Origin: Alphaproteobacteria bacterium
GTDB lineage: Bacteria > Pseudomonadota > Alphaproteobacteria > Caulobacterales > Caulobacteraceae
Direction: 5' to 3'
Assembly (NCBI GenBank): GCA_031367205.1
Contig: JANLPK010000052.1
Location: 4,968 to 68,967, forward strand
DNA: 64,000 nucleotides
Both the position numbers and the translations under genes were made by a program. This document shows, piece by piece, positions 10,415-20,320 of this stretch; the stretch's first letter is position 1; each line of letters begins with the position of its first letter. The notes under the pieces are model-generated. The model was not told where the DNA came from, searched no databases, and worked only from the letters and a program-made list of their open reading frames with translations.

Positions 10415-10858
10415 CTAGGTAACGAAAGGCAATAACGTGCTTAACAAAGTCTTACTGGGCTTGCGTGGTCGGCCTGTCATATCGATGCAGGCGGCCTCGA
10501 TTTGGGCTTCGCAAATGAGATCATCGCCGCGCGAAATCATCTGCGAGAAATAGAGCCGGGGCCCCTTCATGCCGCTGCAGACGGTGCGGACCAACAGGGC
10601 ATCATCGATCCGCGCGGGACGTTTGAAAGCGATGTTGAGGGTGACGACCGTGAAGGCGGCGGGGTCTTTTTGGTCGAGCAAGCTGGCATGTGCGACGCCG
10701 ACCAGCCGCAGGAAATCGCTGCGCGCCCGCTCAAAGAACCGCACATATTGGCCGTGATAGACGACGCCGGTGAAGTCAGTGTCCTCGTAATAGATACGGA
10801 TCGGAAGCCAGTGCTCGCGGCCCTCGAGCCAACCTGCGGAGGGGGCGGTGTCTTTCAC
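10415..10858 (-). CDS. ybgC: Tol-Pal-associated acyl-CoA thioesterase YbgC
   Basis: [18 protein letters not shown] motif; canonical position between ruvB and tolQ. Confidence 0.93.
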   Translation of the reverse strand: MKDTAPSAGWLEGREHWLPIRIYYEDTDFTGVVYHGQYVRFFERARSDFLRLVGVAHASLLDQKDPAAFTVVTLNIAFKRPARIDDALLVRTVCSGMKGPRLYFSQMISRGDDLICEAQIEAACIDMTGRPRKPSKTLLSTLLPFVT

Positions 10859-11892
10859 TCGCTGTCCTCGAACAGACCAGCCTGTCCACCGGCCTGGATT
10901 TGAGGCGGAGGAGTCAGGCCGATGTGGGTATAGGCCCGACCAGTGGCCATGCGTCCCCGGGGCGTGCGCTGGATGAAGCCCTGTTGCAGCAGGAACGGCT
11001 CGATGACGTCCTCCACCGCGTCGCGGGCCTCGGAGATCCCGTAGGCCAGGGTTTCGACGCCGGTGGGGCCTCCGGCATAGTTCTCGATCAAACAGCGCAG
11101 GTAACGACGATCGAGCGCATCGAGGCCGGCGGGGTCAACGTCAAGGCGGGCCAGCGCCTGGGCGGCGGCGGCTTGGCCGATGACTTCAACGCCGTCGGCG
11201 GCGGCGAAGTCGCGGACTCTGCGGAGCAAGCGACCGGCGACGCGGGGGGTGCCTCTGGCGCGGGTGGCGATCTCGGCTGCACCGTCCGGAGCCAGCGCCA
11301 AGCCCATGCGACCCGAGGCGTGAGCCAGCACCTGGGAAAGCTCGGCATGGGTATAGAATTCCAGTCGGATCGGGATGCCGAAACGGTCACGCAGCGGCGT
11401 GGCCAGCAGGCCGGCTCGGGTGGTCGCTGCCACCAAGGTGAAGGGGGCCAGATCAATGCGGATCGAGCGGGCCGACGGCCCCTCGCCAATGATCAAGTCC
11501 AGGACATGGTCCTCCATGGCCGGATAGAGGATCTCCTCCACATTGGCCGGGAGTCTATGAATTTCATCAATAAATAGAACGTCTCGGGGTTCGAGATTGG
11601 TGAGGATGGCCGCCAAGTCCCCAGCCTTGGCCAGCACGGGCCCGGAGGTGGCGCGAAAGCCGACGCCCAGTTCGCGGGCGACGATTTGGGCCAGGGTGGT
11701 CTTGCCAAGGCCCGGCGGGCCGAACAGCAGCACGTGGTCTAACGCCTCTTGTCGGGACTTGGCCGCCGCAATGAACACGCGCAGATTGGCCTTGGCCTGG
11801 GCTTGGCCCACGAACTCGTCGAGGGTTTGTGGCCGCATGGCGCGGTCGGAGGGCTCGTGGGGCTCAGGGTCTCCGGAGATCAGGCGGGTCAC
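10855..11892 (-). CDS. ruvB: Holliday junction helicase RuvB
   Basis: Walker [10 protein letters not shown], Walker [20 protein letters not shown]. Confidence 0.98.
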   Translation of the reverse strand: MTRLISGDPEPHEPSDRAMRPQTLDEFVGQAQAKANLRVFIAAAKSRQEALDHVLLFGPPGLGKTTLAQIVARELGVGFRATSGPVLAKAGDLAAILTNLEPRDVLFIDEIHRLPANVEEILYPAMEDHVLDLIIGEGPSARSIRIDLAPFTLVAATTRAGLLATPLRDRFGIPIRLEFYTHAELSQVLAHASGRMGLALAPDGAAEIATRARGTPRVAGRLLRRVRDFAAADGVEVIGQAAAAQALARLDVDPAGLDALDRRYLRCLIENYAGGPTGVETLAYGISEARDAVEDVIEPFLLQQGFIQRTPRGRMATGRAYTHIGLTPPPQIQAGGQAGLFEDSE

Positions 11893-12503
11893 CGGCCCAA
11901 CTCCTGCAGGCCTACCTTGATGAGGGCTTGGACACTGGCGTCTTCGCCGAGGCGCAGGGCCGCGTTCTCGATGACGCGTCGCGCATTTACCTCAGCAACA
12001 CCCAAGCCCATCAGAGCCGCGACGGCGTCTCCGGAGGCGGATGGAGCGGGAGGATTGTGCGGCATAGCGGAGCCGTGGAAGGCGGCGACTGGGCCCTCCG
12101 TGATCGGCTTCCCGGCCAGTTCAGTGACGATGCGCAGCGCCAGTTTCGGACCCACGCCGTTGGCGCGACCGACCGAGGCCTTGTCCTCACGGGCCACAGC
12201 GGCAGCGAGCTCCGGCGGGGGCAGGACGTCGAGCACCGACAAAGCGGCCTTCGGACCAACGCCTTGAATCGATTGCAAGAGTAGGAAGGCCCGGCGTTCG
12301 TCGCGGCCGAGGAAACCATAGAGCTTCATGCCTGCGCTCTCGGTCCACTGGGTTTCGACTTGGAGGACGGTTTCTTCACCGAGCGCCGGGAGATGGGAGA
12401 GGGTTCGTGAGCCGCAGCGCACCACATAGCCGACCCCGGCCACGTCGATCAGAGCGTCCTCTTCGCCCACCTCGATCACCAAGCCGCGGAGACGACCGAT
12501 CAT
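11889..12503 (-). CDS. ruvA: Holliday junction binding protein RuvA
   Basis: MIGRLRG, two HhH motifs GVGPKAAL and GVGPKLA; ATGA-coupled to ruvB. Confidence 0.96.
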   Translation of the reverse strand: MIGRLRGLVIEVGEEDALIDVAGVGYVVRCGSRTLSHLPALGEETVLQVETQWTESAGMKLYGFLGRDERRAFLLLQSIQGVGPKAALSVLDVLPPPELAAAVAREDKASVGRANGVGPKLALRIVTELAGKPITEGPVAAFHGSAMPHNPPAPSASGDAVAALMGLGVAEVNARRVIENAALRLGEDASVQALIKVGLQELGR

Positions 12504-13045
12504 GATGTCTGCCTCAAAAGTCGGCTTGCTTGGCTCACCGGGGCAGCGGTCCTCTCGACCAATACGCGGGCCTTGCGGGCGTGGGCATGGGCGATGGCGA
12601 CGGCTAGCGCGTCGGCTGCATCGGCGGTGGTCGGGCCGGCGGTTGGCAGCAGACGGGCGATCATGAAGGCCACCTGATCCTTGTCCGCCCCGCCGGTGCC
12701 GACCACGGCCTTCTTGACCACCTTGGCGGCATACTCGCCCACCGGCAGCCCGGCGCGGGCCGGGACCAGCAGAGCCATGGCACGGGCGTGGCCGAGCTTT
12801 AGCGCGCTCTGGGCATTGTTGTTCATGAAAGTTTCCTCGACGGCGGCTTCGTCGGGACGGTGAGTCTCAAGCACTTGGGTGATGGCATTGAACAGGTGCA
12901 GCAGCCGCTCCGGGAAGGGCAGACTGTCCTTGGGCGCGATCACCCCGTGAGCGATGTGGCTCAGCCGCGCGCCCTCACAGACAATCATGCCCCAGCCGGT
13001 GCGGCGGAGGCCGGGGTCGAGGCCCAGGATGCGGATGGCGGTCAT
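12500..13045 (-). CDS. ruvC: Crossover junction endodeoxyribonuclease RuvC
   Basis: [34 protein letters not shown]. Confidence 0.97.
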   Translation of the reverse strand: MTAIRILGLDPGLRRTGWGMIVCEGARLSHIAHGVIAPKDSLPFPERLLHLFNAITQVLETHRPDEAAVEETFMNNNAQSALKLGHARAMALLVPARAGLPVGEYAAKVVKKAVVGTGGADKDQVAFMIARLLPTAGPTTADAADALAVAIAHAHARKARVLVERTAAPVSQASRLLRQTS

Positions 13046-13069
13046 GGCGGCCTGTGGGTGAGTCGGGTC

Positions 13070-13084
13070 GTTCGGGTATTGTTC
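13070..13084. promoter_or_regulatory. Alphaproteobacterial LexA (SOS) box
   Basis: Exact GTTC-N7-GTTC (GTTC GGGTATT GTTC), 25-39 nt upstream of the ruvC start. Confidence 0.85.
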
Positions 13085-13111
13085 TAGAGGTGAGGTGATG
13101 GGGTGGGAAGG

Positions 13112-13127
13112 GTTAAGGCGGGGTTAG
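13112..13127 (-). promoter_or_regulatory. CtrA-like box (one mismatch)
   Basis: Minus strand CTAA-CCCCGCC-TTAAC versus consensus TTAA-N7-TTAAC. Confidence 0.45.
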
Positions 13128-13564
13128 TGGGGGAATCGGGTGAACGGCTCATTTGGCGATGAGGCTGACGAGGAAGGCGTTGTCCGATGCGGCGACTTTT
13201 CGCCTTAGCCTTAGGGTGTGCTTGCCGAGGGTCTTTTGGGCGATAGCCCGCTGAGAGCTCATAGCGTCGATGGTCACCACGGCACCCTCGATGGCCACGA
13301 CCCCTTCGGCAACCCCGATCAGCGACGCCACCCAGGTCACCAAGCCGCGTTGGAAGTGCTCCGCGTCCAGGGTAGCCAGGATGTCGCCCAGGTGATCGTG
13401 CGCCGGGGTGCATTCGGCGAAGGGTTGAAGCCGGCGCAACAATTCCAGCTTCTTATCACCGAAGCGGGCGATATCGGTGATGGTCTGCCCCGGCCAACAC
13501 CGCAAGCAGACACAACGGCAGCACTGCAGCCCCTTGTCACCTAATCATTCACCCGATTGCCCCG
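13128..13564 (-). mobile_element. Internally deleted ISAs1-family element (437 bp) with both terminal inverted repeats
   Basis: IRs TGGGGGAATCGGGTGAA (13128-13144) and TTCACCCGATTGCCCCG (13548-13564) match at 15/17. The interior encodes ISAs1 transposase pieces (LCLLAVLAGA/TITDIARFG...TPAHDHLGDI; AIEGAVVTIDAM; LRLRRKVAA). Confidence 0.85.
13149..13530 (-). pseudogene. ISAs1 transposase relic (frameshifted, multiply deleted)
   Basis: Three non-contiguous ISAs1 transposase segments joined, with a frameshift near 13485. Confidence 0.8.
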
Positions 13565-13613
13565 CGTTATCCTCGCGTTGCGTCCGATAGTTCGCCGGTA
13601 TATCCTTGTTCGC

Positions 13614-13988
13614 ATGCGTTTTGTCCTCGCCCTGGTGGCCATACTGGCCCTGCTCGTCAGCCCAGTGACCGCCGCAGCGACCCAGGTGGCCTGCGACCAA
13701 GCGGAGATGGCCGCTATGACGTCGATGGATATGCCGGGCACGGCCCAATCAGCGGGCATGAAGGCCATGTCAGATCCTTGCTGTGATCATGGCACCAAGC
13801 ACCCCATGGACCAGAAGAGCTGCGCGTTGGCCTGTGCGGCCTCGTGCGCTGTCACTGCGGCACTTGCTGGTCCGGTCGTGGGCTCCCTGCCTGTGTTTTC
13901 TACTGCTCAACTAGCGCCCGCGCGCCTGGCTCCGGCTCATCCCTACGAGCCTGCGGGGCTCATGCGACCTCCCAAATCGACGAGGTAA
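13614..13988 (+). CDS. Small Cys/Met/His-rich leader protein (CopL/DUF2946-like) upstream of cusCBA
   Basis: Hydrophobic N-terminus; ACDQAEMAAMTSMDMP, DPCCDHG, HPMD, SCALACAASC; ends LMRPPKS. Confidence 0.7.
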   Translation: MRFVLALVAILALLVSPVTAAATQVACDQAEMAAMTSMDMPGTAQSAGMKAMSDPCCDHGTKHPMDQKSCALACAASCAVTAALAGPVVGSLPVFSTAQLAPARLAPAHPYEPAGLMRPPKSTR

Positions 13989-14021
13989 GCCCGTCGGCGT
14001 TCGCGCCGATGAGCCTTTTTT
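13989..14021 (+). terminator. Intrinsic terminator between the leader gene and cusC
   Basis: Stem GCCCGTCGGCG / TTCG loop / CGCCGATGAGC followed by C and T6, starting 1 nt after the TAA stop. Confidence 0.8.
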
Positions 14022-14154
14022 GGTCGCGTCTCAATGACACTGCCGGCTGCGCCCCTAGGCTCAGCGCTCGGCAGGTCAATTGGCCGCGACCCTTGGCCGC
14101 ACATCGCGGCCAGCCCGTCGTCGAACGGACCGTGGTGTCCGATGGAAGCCTTTC

Positions 14155-15384
14155 ATGCGCTCTGCCTGGTCTCTCACGCTGCTCGCGGTGCTCGCCAAAG
14201 CCGCCTATGCCGCACCCCTCACCTATTCGGCGGCCCTGAAGCTCGCCGATGTGTCCGCGCCCGTGCTCCAGGCGAGAGCCGCTGACGTCCGTGCGGCGCG
14301 GTCGTCAGCGATCGCGGCCGGGCGTTTGCCCGATCCCAAGCTGGCCCTTGGGGTTGAGGGTTTCCCGGTCTCCGGCCCTTACGCTGGCCGGCCGAGCGCC
14401 GATGATTTCACCGATGTCCGCGTGGGCGTCATGCAGGACGTGCCGAACGGGGCTAAGCGCCGCTCAGCACGTGAGCGCGCGGCGGCCGACATCGGGGCGG
14501 CGCAGACCAGCCAGGTCGCCCAGGCACGAGAAGTTCGCCTGAACACCGCGATGGCCTGGATCGACCTCTTCTATGCCGAGCGCAGGCTCGCCGCGCTCGA
14601 CGACATCGACAAGGCTCTGGCCCCGCTACGCGACGCCGCACCCTCGCAACTGGCCTCCGGCGCGATGCGGGCGGCCCAGACGTTGGAGCCCGAGCAGCTG
14701 ACCGCAGTGCTGGGCGACCGGCACGCTGACCTAGTCGCGGCCGTGGCTAAGGCGCGCTCGGAACTGGCGCGCTGGACCGGAGATGCTGATGCTGAGGTCG
14801 TCGGCGACCCGCCAGACTTCCCGATCTCTGCTGCGGCCCTGCACGCGGGTCTCGATCAGCTTCCGGCGCTCGCGGTCTTTGACGCCGCAGGGCGCCAGGC
14901 GGATGCCGACGTCAATGCCGCTAAGGCCGACAAGCGCTCAGACTGGGGTTGGGAGCTGGCCTACCAGCACCGCGACCCTCGGTTCGGCGACATGGTGATG
15001 GTGCAGGCCACCGTCAGCCTGCCGCTGTTCGCGACCTCCCGTCAGGATCCCATCATCGCCGCTCGCACGGAGACTGCGGGCCGGACCCGGATCGAACGCG
15101 AGGCGGCGCGGCGAGAACTTCTGGCCTCGCTGGATGCGGATCTTGCGGACCACGCCATGCACCACGACCGTCTGCACCGGGCGCTTGGGACCCTTGTGCC
15201 GCTCGCCAAGCGCCGAGCCGACCTGGAAACCGCCGGGTACGCAGCTGGGACCGCGAGCTTGTCGGATGTGCTGCAAGCCTTCCTCGCCCTCGCCGAAGCC
15301 CGCATCGACGCCATCAACCGCGATGCCGATGTCGTCCGCGACGGCGCTCGCATTGTCCTGACCTACGGAAGCGACGCCCAATGA
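14155..15384 (+). CDS. cusC: TolC-family outer membrane factor of a heavy-metal RND system
   Basis: Signal peptide, LPDPKL, QDVPNGAKR, VSLPLF, Y..G...LSDVL; coupled to the adaptor gene. Confidence 0.85.
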   Translation: MRSAWSLTLLAVLAKAAYAAPLTYSAALKLADVSAPVLQARAADVRAARSSAIAAGRLPDPKLALGVEGFPVSGPYAGRPSADDFTDVRVGVMQDVPNGAKRRSARERAAADIGAAQTSQVAQAREVRLNTAMAWIDLFYAERRLAALDDIDKALAPLRDAAPSQLASGAMRAAQTLEPEQLTAVLGDRHADLVAAVAKARSELARWTGDADAEVVGDPPDFPISAAALHAGLDQLPALAVFDAAGRQADADVNAAKADKRSDWGWELAYQHRDPRFGDMVMVQATVSLPLFATSRQDPIIAARTETAGRTRIEREAARRELLASLDADLADHAMHHDRLHRALGTLVPLAKRRADLETAGYAAGTASLSDVLQAFLALAEARIDAINRDADVVRDGARIVLTYGSDAQ

Positions 15385-16880
15385 CCGCCCCTTCTCTGTC
15401 TCCCGCCCGGCTGGTGCTCGCCGGACTCTCCATCGCGTTGCTCGCGGCGGCCGGCGGCTACGGCGTGGCGCATCTGCGGCAGCCGAAGTCTTCGGTGCCG
15501 ATGGCCGCGAGTGAGCCTAGCGCAAGGCCGCTCTACTGGTACGACCCAATGGTCCCGGCGCAGCATTTCGACAAGCCGGGCAAGTCGCCGTTCATGGATA
15601 TGCAGCTGGTCCCTCGCTACGCAGGGACCGGGGTCGCCGGCCAGGCGTCCGGCGTGCAGATCAGTCCGGCCACGACCCAGAGCCTGGGTGTTCGGCTGGC
15701 GGCGGTGCAGCGCGGGGATTTCGCGCAAAGTCTCGACGCCACGGGCGTCCTGGATTTCAACCAGCGCGAGGTGGCGATCGTGCAGGCGCGCGCGGCCGGC
15801 TTCGTCCAGCGGGTCTATGCCAGGGCTCCTGGAGATGTCGTCAGCGCGGGGGCGCCGATCGTCGACCTGCTTGTTCCGAGCTGGGGCGGTGCCCAGGCCG
15901 AGTACCTGGCCGTTCGCGGCTCCGGCAACCCCGCCCTGGAAGCCGCCGCGCGCCAACGGCTGCGACTGCTCGGTATGCCGGACAGCCTCATTGTGGCCCT
16001 GGCGCGTGATGGCCGAGCGCGGACGGTGATCACCATCTCCACGCCACAGGGCGGTGCCATCCAGACGCTGGACGTGCGCCAGGGCATGACCGTGAGCATG
16101 GGCCAGACCCTCGCGCAAGTGTCGGGGCTGGGAAAGGTGTGGCTGAACGCTGCCGTGCCGGAGGCCATGGGAGGGCGGGTGAAGGTCGGACAGGCCGCTC
16201 GCGCGGAACTCGCAGCGTTCCCGGGCGAGGCGTTTACCGGCCGGGTGACCGCGATCCTACCCACCACTCAGATCGACAGCCACACTTTGCAGGTTCGCAT
16301 CGAGCTGGCGAACCGTGGCGGGCGGCTGCACCCAGGCATGTTCGCCACCGTCCATCTGAGCGGCGCGGCCCATCCTGCGCTGTTCGTGCCCTCCGAGGCG
16401 GTGATCCGCACCGGCAAGCGTACGCTGGTGATCCTGTCCGGCGCCGGCGGCCGCTACCAGCCGGTCGAGGTGCAGATCGGTCGCGAGGACGGCGATCGGA
16501 CCGAGATTCTGTCGGGCCTCGACGAGGGTCAGAAGGTGGTTGCGTCGGGTCAGTTCCTGATCGATTCCGAAGCCAGCCTGGCCGGCGTTCAGGCCCGCCC
16601 CCTCGCAGCTTCCGGGGCTATGGCTATGTCAAATGCTCCGGGCGGCAAGTCGGCGCTCTATGAGACCCGGGGGCGCATTGAGGCGCTGACGGCGGATACG
16701 ATCACCCTCAGCCATGAGCCGGTTCCGGCCATCGGTTGGCCGGCGATGATCATGACGTTCAAGCTCGGCTCGCCGAACCTGGTGAAAGCCGCGAAGGTGG
16801 GCGACCAGGTCAGCTTTGGGTTCGAGCAGAAACCAGATGGACCGATAATTCGCCGCCTCAGCCCGATGGCCGCTCGATGA
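15381..16880 (+). CDS. cusB: CusB-type periplasmic adaptor with N-terminal metal-binding domain and C-terminal CusF-like domain
   Basis: YWYDPM...[18 protein letters not shown]; LHPGMF; [10 protein letters not shown]; C-terminal [18 protein letters not shown] (His/Trp/Met/Met CusF site). Confidence 0.92.
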   Translation: MTAPSLSPARLVLAGLSIALLAAAGGYGVAHLRQPKSSVPMAASEPSARPLYWYDPMVPAQHFDKPGKSPFMDMQLVPRYAGTGVAGQASGVQISPATTQSLGVRLAAVQRGDFAQSLDATGVLDFNQREVAIVQARAAGFVQRVYARAPGDVVSAGAPIVDLLVPSWGGAQAEYLAVRGSGNPALEAAARQRLRLLGMPDSLIVALARDGRARTVITISTPQGGAIQTLDVRQGMTVSMGQTLAQVSGLGKVWLNAAVPEAMGGRVKVGQAARAELAAFPGEAFTGRVTAILPTTQIDSHTLQVRIELANRGGRLHPGMFATVHLSGAAHPALFVPSEAVIRTGKRTLVILSGAGGRYQPVEVQIGREDGDRTEILSGLDEGQKVVASGQFLIDSEASLAGVQARPLAASGAMAMSNAPGGKSALYETRGRIEALTADTITLSHEPVPAIGWPAMIMTFKLGSPNLVKAAKVGDQVSFGFEQKPDGPIIRRLSPMAAR

Positions 16881-19800
16881 TCGCCGCCCTTATTCGCTGG
16901 TCGGTCAAGAACCGCTTCTTCGTCGTGATCGGCGCCCTGACCGTGCTGGCCGCCGGCGTGATGGCCCTACGCTCGACGCCCGTCGATGCGCTGCCGGATC
17001 TCTCCGATATACAGGTGATCATCCGCACCCCCTATGCGGGCCAGGCCCCGCAGATCGTCGAGAACCAGGTCACCTACCCGCTGGCCACCACCATGCTGTC
17101 GGTGCCGGGAGCCAAAACGGTGCGAGGCTATTCCTTCTTTGGCGACAGCTTCGTCTACGTGCTGTTCGCGGACGGCACGGATCTCTACTGGGCCCGTTCA
17201 CGGGTGCTGGAGTACCTGAACCAGGTCCAGAGCCGGATGCCTGAAGGGGCTAAGCCGTCGCTGGGACCGGACGCGACGGGGGTCGGTTGGGTCTATGAAT
17301 ACGCCCTGGTCGACCGCAGCGGCCATCATGACCTGTCGGAGATGCGGTCCCTGCAGGACTGGTTCCTGCGCTATGAACTGAAGACCCTACCCGGCGTGGC
17401 CGAGGTCGCATCCATCGGCGGCATGGTCAAGCAGTACCAGGTGGTGCTCGACCCGGTAAAACTGGCCGCCTTCGGCGTGACCCACCAGCAGGTGGTCACC
17501 GCGATTCAAGCCGCCAATTCGGAAGCCGGCGGCTCCGTGCTGGAACTGGCCGAGGCGGAATACATGGTCCGCGCTTCCGGCTACCTGAAGACACTGGACG
17601 ACTTCCGCGCCATCCCGCTGAAGACTGCGGCCGGCGGCGTGCCGGTGCGCCTTGGTGACGTGGCGACCATCCAGATCGGCCCGGAGATGCGCCGCGGCGT
17701 CGCCGAGTTGAACGGCGAAGGTGAGGTCGCAGGCGGGGTTGTGATCCTGCGCTCCGGCAAGAACGCTCAGCTGACCATAGCGGCGGTGAAGGACAAGCTG
17801 GCCGACCTCAAGAGGAGTCTGCCCGCCGGCATCGAGATCGTGCCGACCTATGACCGCTCCCAGCTCATCGACCGCTCGATCGGCAATCTGCGCGAAAAGT
17901 TGATCGAGGAGTTCATCATTGTCGCTTTGGTTTGCGCGCTATTCCTTGGCCACGTCAGGTCCGCGCTGGTCGCCATCCTGACGCTGCCGCTTGGGGTTCT
18001 CGCCGCCCTGCTGATCATGCGGGTCCAGGGGGTTAACGCCAACATCATGTCCTTGGGGGGCATCGCCATCGCCATTGGGGCGATGGTCGACGCCGCCGTG
18101 GTGATGATCGAGAACGCCCACAAGAAGATCGAACGCTGGGAGGTCGCCCACCCGGGTGAGCACCTCAAGGGCGAGAAGCGCTGGATCGTGATCACCGATG
18201 CTGCAGTCGAGGTGGGTCCGGCGCTATTCCTCAGTTTGATGATCATCACCTTGAGCTTCGTGCCGGTGTTCTCGCTTCAGGGACAGGAGGGGCGTCTGTT
18301 TGCACCCCTGGCCTTCACCAAGAGCTACGCCATGGCCGGTGCGGCGATCTTGTCGGTCACTCTAGTCCCGGTGCTGATGGGCTGGCTGATCCGGGGTGCC
18401 ATCCCCGCCGAGAGCGCCAATCCCCTGAACCGCTGGCTGGCCTTGGCCTATCGACCGGTGCTGGACTGGGTGATGCGTCGGCCGAGCGCCACGCTGCTGA
18501 TCGCCGTTCTGGTCTTCGCCACCACGGCCTGGCCACTGGCGCACCTCGGCGGCGAGTTCATGCCGCAACTGAACGAGGGCGACCTGCTTTACATGCCGTC
18601 GGCTCTGCCGGGCCTTTCCGTGGCCAAGGCCTCGGAATTGCTTCAGCAGACCGACCGGCTAATCAAGACAGTGCTGGAGGTGGAGACCGTGTTCGGCAAG
18701 GCCGGGCGGGCGGAGACCGCCACCGATCCGGCACCGTTGGAGATGTTCGAGACCACTATCCAGTTCAAACCGCAGAGCCAGTGGCGACCGGGGATGACGC
18801 CGGAGAAGCTGGTGGAGGAACTGGACCGGACGGTGAAGGTGCCGGGCCTCGCCAACGTCTGGGTGCCGCCGATCCGCAACCGCATCGACATGCTGGCGAC
18901 CGGAATCAAGAGCCCGATCGGCGTCAAGGTCTCGGGGTCGAACCTAGCTGACCTGGACCGCATCGCTCACAACATAGAGATCGTCGCTAAGGGCGTGCCC
19001 GGCATCAGCTCGGCGCGGGCCGAGCGGCTGACGGGTGGGCGCTACGTCGATGTGGACATCGACCGCGTCGTCGCCGCCCGTTACGGGCTCAACATCGCCG
19101 ATGTGCAGGCCATCGTTTCCGGCGCGATCGGCGGCGACAATGTCGGACAAACCGTCGAAGGCCTGGCTCGTTACCCAATCAGCGTCCGCTATCCGCGGGA
19201 GCTGAGGGACAGTCTGGAGGGCCTGCGGGCCCTGCCGATCCTCACCCCGGCCGGTCAGCAGATCACCCTTGGGACGGTGGCCAAGCTGGAGATCGCCGAG
19301 GGTCCGCCGATGCTAAAGACCGAGAACGGGCGGCCCTCGACCTGGGTCTATGTCGATGTGCGCGGGCGCGACCTAGCCTCCGTCGTTGGCGACTTGCAAC
19401 GCGCCGTGGCGAAGGACGTGAAACTCTCGCCCGGCGTCTCGATCGCCTATTCCGGCCAGTTCGAATACCTGCAGAGGGCTGTCGAGCGGCTGAAGCTTGT
19501 CGTGCCGGCCACCCTGCTGATCATTTTCGTCCTGCTCTACCTCACCTTCGGCCGGTTCGATGAGGCCGCCCTGATCATGGGCACCCTGCCCTTTGCGCTC
19601 ACCGGCGGGATCTGGACGCTCTACTGGCTGGGCTACCATCAGTCAGTTGCGACCGGGGTCGGCTTCATCGCGCTCGCCGGCGTCTCCGCTGAGTTCGGCG
19701 TGGTGATGCTGATCTATCTGAAGGACGCCCTGGCTGATCGCGGAGATGATCCCTCGGACGCCCAGGTCGAGGCTGCCGTGCGTGAAGGCGCGCTGATGCG

Positions 19801-20020
19801 GGTTCGCCCCAAGGCCATGACCGTGGCGGTGATCCTGGCGGGCCTACTGCCGATCCTGCTTGGCCACGGGACCGGTTCAGAAGTCATGAGCCGGATCGCC
19901 GCGCCGATGATCGGCGGGATGCTAACCGCGCCCCTCCTCTCCATGTTTGTCGTGCCCGCAGCATATCTGCTGCTGCGCCGACGCCGTCCGCCACGGTCAC
20001 GGCAAAAGGCGTTCAGCTAG
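16877..20020 (+). CDS. cusA: CusA-family Cu(I)/Ag(I) RND pump
   Basis: [26 protein letters not shown], and Met-site motifs [37 protein letters not shown]. Confidence 0.96.
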   Translation: MIAALIRWSVKNRFFVVIGALTVLAAGVMALRSTPVDALPDLSDIQVIIRTPYAGQAPQIVENQVTYPLATTMLSVPGAKTVRGYSFFGDSFVYVLFADGTDLYWARSRVLEYLNQVQSRMPEGAKPSLGPDATGVGWVYEYALVDRSGHHDLSEMRSLQDWFLRYELKTLPGVAEVASIGGMVKQYQVVLDPVKLAAFGVTHQQVVTAIQAANSEAGGSVLELAEAEYMVRASGYLKTLDDFRAIPLKTAAGGVPVRLGDVATIQIGPEMRRGVAELNGEGEVAGGVVILRSGKNAQLTIAAVKDKLADLKRSLPAGIEIVPTYDRSQLIDRSIGNLREKLIEEFIIVALVCALFLGHVRSALVAILTLPLGVLAALLIMRVQGVNANIMSLGGIAIAIGAMVDAAVVMIENAHKKIERWEVAHPGEHLKGEKRWIVITDAAVEVGPALFLSLMIITLSFVPVFSLQGQEGRLFAPLAFTKSYAMAGAAILSVTLVPVLMGWLIRGAIPAESANPLNRWLALAYRPVLDWVMRRPSATLLIAVLVFATTAWPLAHLGGEFMPQLNEGDLLYMPSALPGLSVAKASELLQQTDRLIKTVLEVETVFGKAGRAETATDPAPLEMFETTIQFKPQSQWRPGMTPEKLVEELDRTVKVPGLANVWVPPIRNRIDMLATGIKSPIGVKVSGSNLADLDRIAHNIEIVAKGVPGISSARAERLTGGRYVDVDIDRVVAARYGLNIADVQAIVSGAIGGDNVGQTVEGLARYPISVRYPRELRDSLEGLRALPILTPAGQQITLGTVAKLEIAEGPPMLKTENGRPSTWVYVDVRGRDLASVVGDLQRAVAKDVKLSPGVSIAYSGQFEYLQRAVERLKLVVPATLLIIFVLLYLTFGRFDEAALIMGTLPFALTGGIWTLYWLGYHQSVATGVGFIALAGVSAEFGVVMLIYLKDALADRGDDPSDAQVEAAVREGALMRVRPKAMTVAVILAGLLPILLGHGTGSEVMSRIAAPMIGGMLTAPLLSMFVVPAAYLLLRRRRPPRSRQKAFS

Positions 20021-20066
20021 AGACCATGTTCCGATAAGTGAGGTTCGGTTGTCGGAACATGCTCCA
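20018..20066 (+). repeat. CIR-like repeat, left arm only
   Basis: TAGAGACCATGTTCCGATAAGTGAGGTTCGGTTGTCGGAACATGCTCCA begins at the cusA TAG stop. Confidence 0.8.
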
Positions 20067-20320
20067 GGTGGTTGGTCCCAGAGGAAGAGTTTCGCCAGGA
20101 CAGGTTGGATTTTGCTTCACCGAGTATTTGGAGGAAATGCACTCCAAAATTCACGTCGTGTCGCGGGTCCATTCTCAGCTCTGATTGATTCGTAGTGGCT
20201 TCCTCAGCTGGTTTGGTTTTGATTGGCGTCGCATGCTGCTTTGCTAGGTAAACCTGCCGGAGCAACGCTTTGTCGGGGGACACCGACAACCGGGGTATTG
20301 CCGCAATTGAGGGGGTGAAG

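Noticed and set aside
13118-13574. Target-site duplication around the ISAs1 relic
   Set aside because: Flanks GCGGGGTTAG and CGTTATCCTC share only GTTA; no convincing direct repeat.
14949-15380. Long N-terminal extensions predicted for cusB (and cusA, dgoK, second ACAD)
   Set aside because: They overlap upstream genes in another frame; coupled starts at 15381, 16877, 52002 and 1583 fit the family N-termini.
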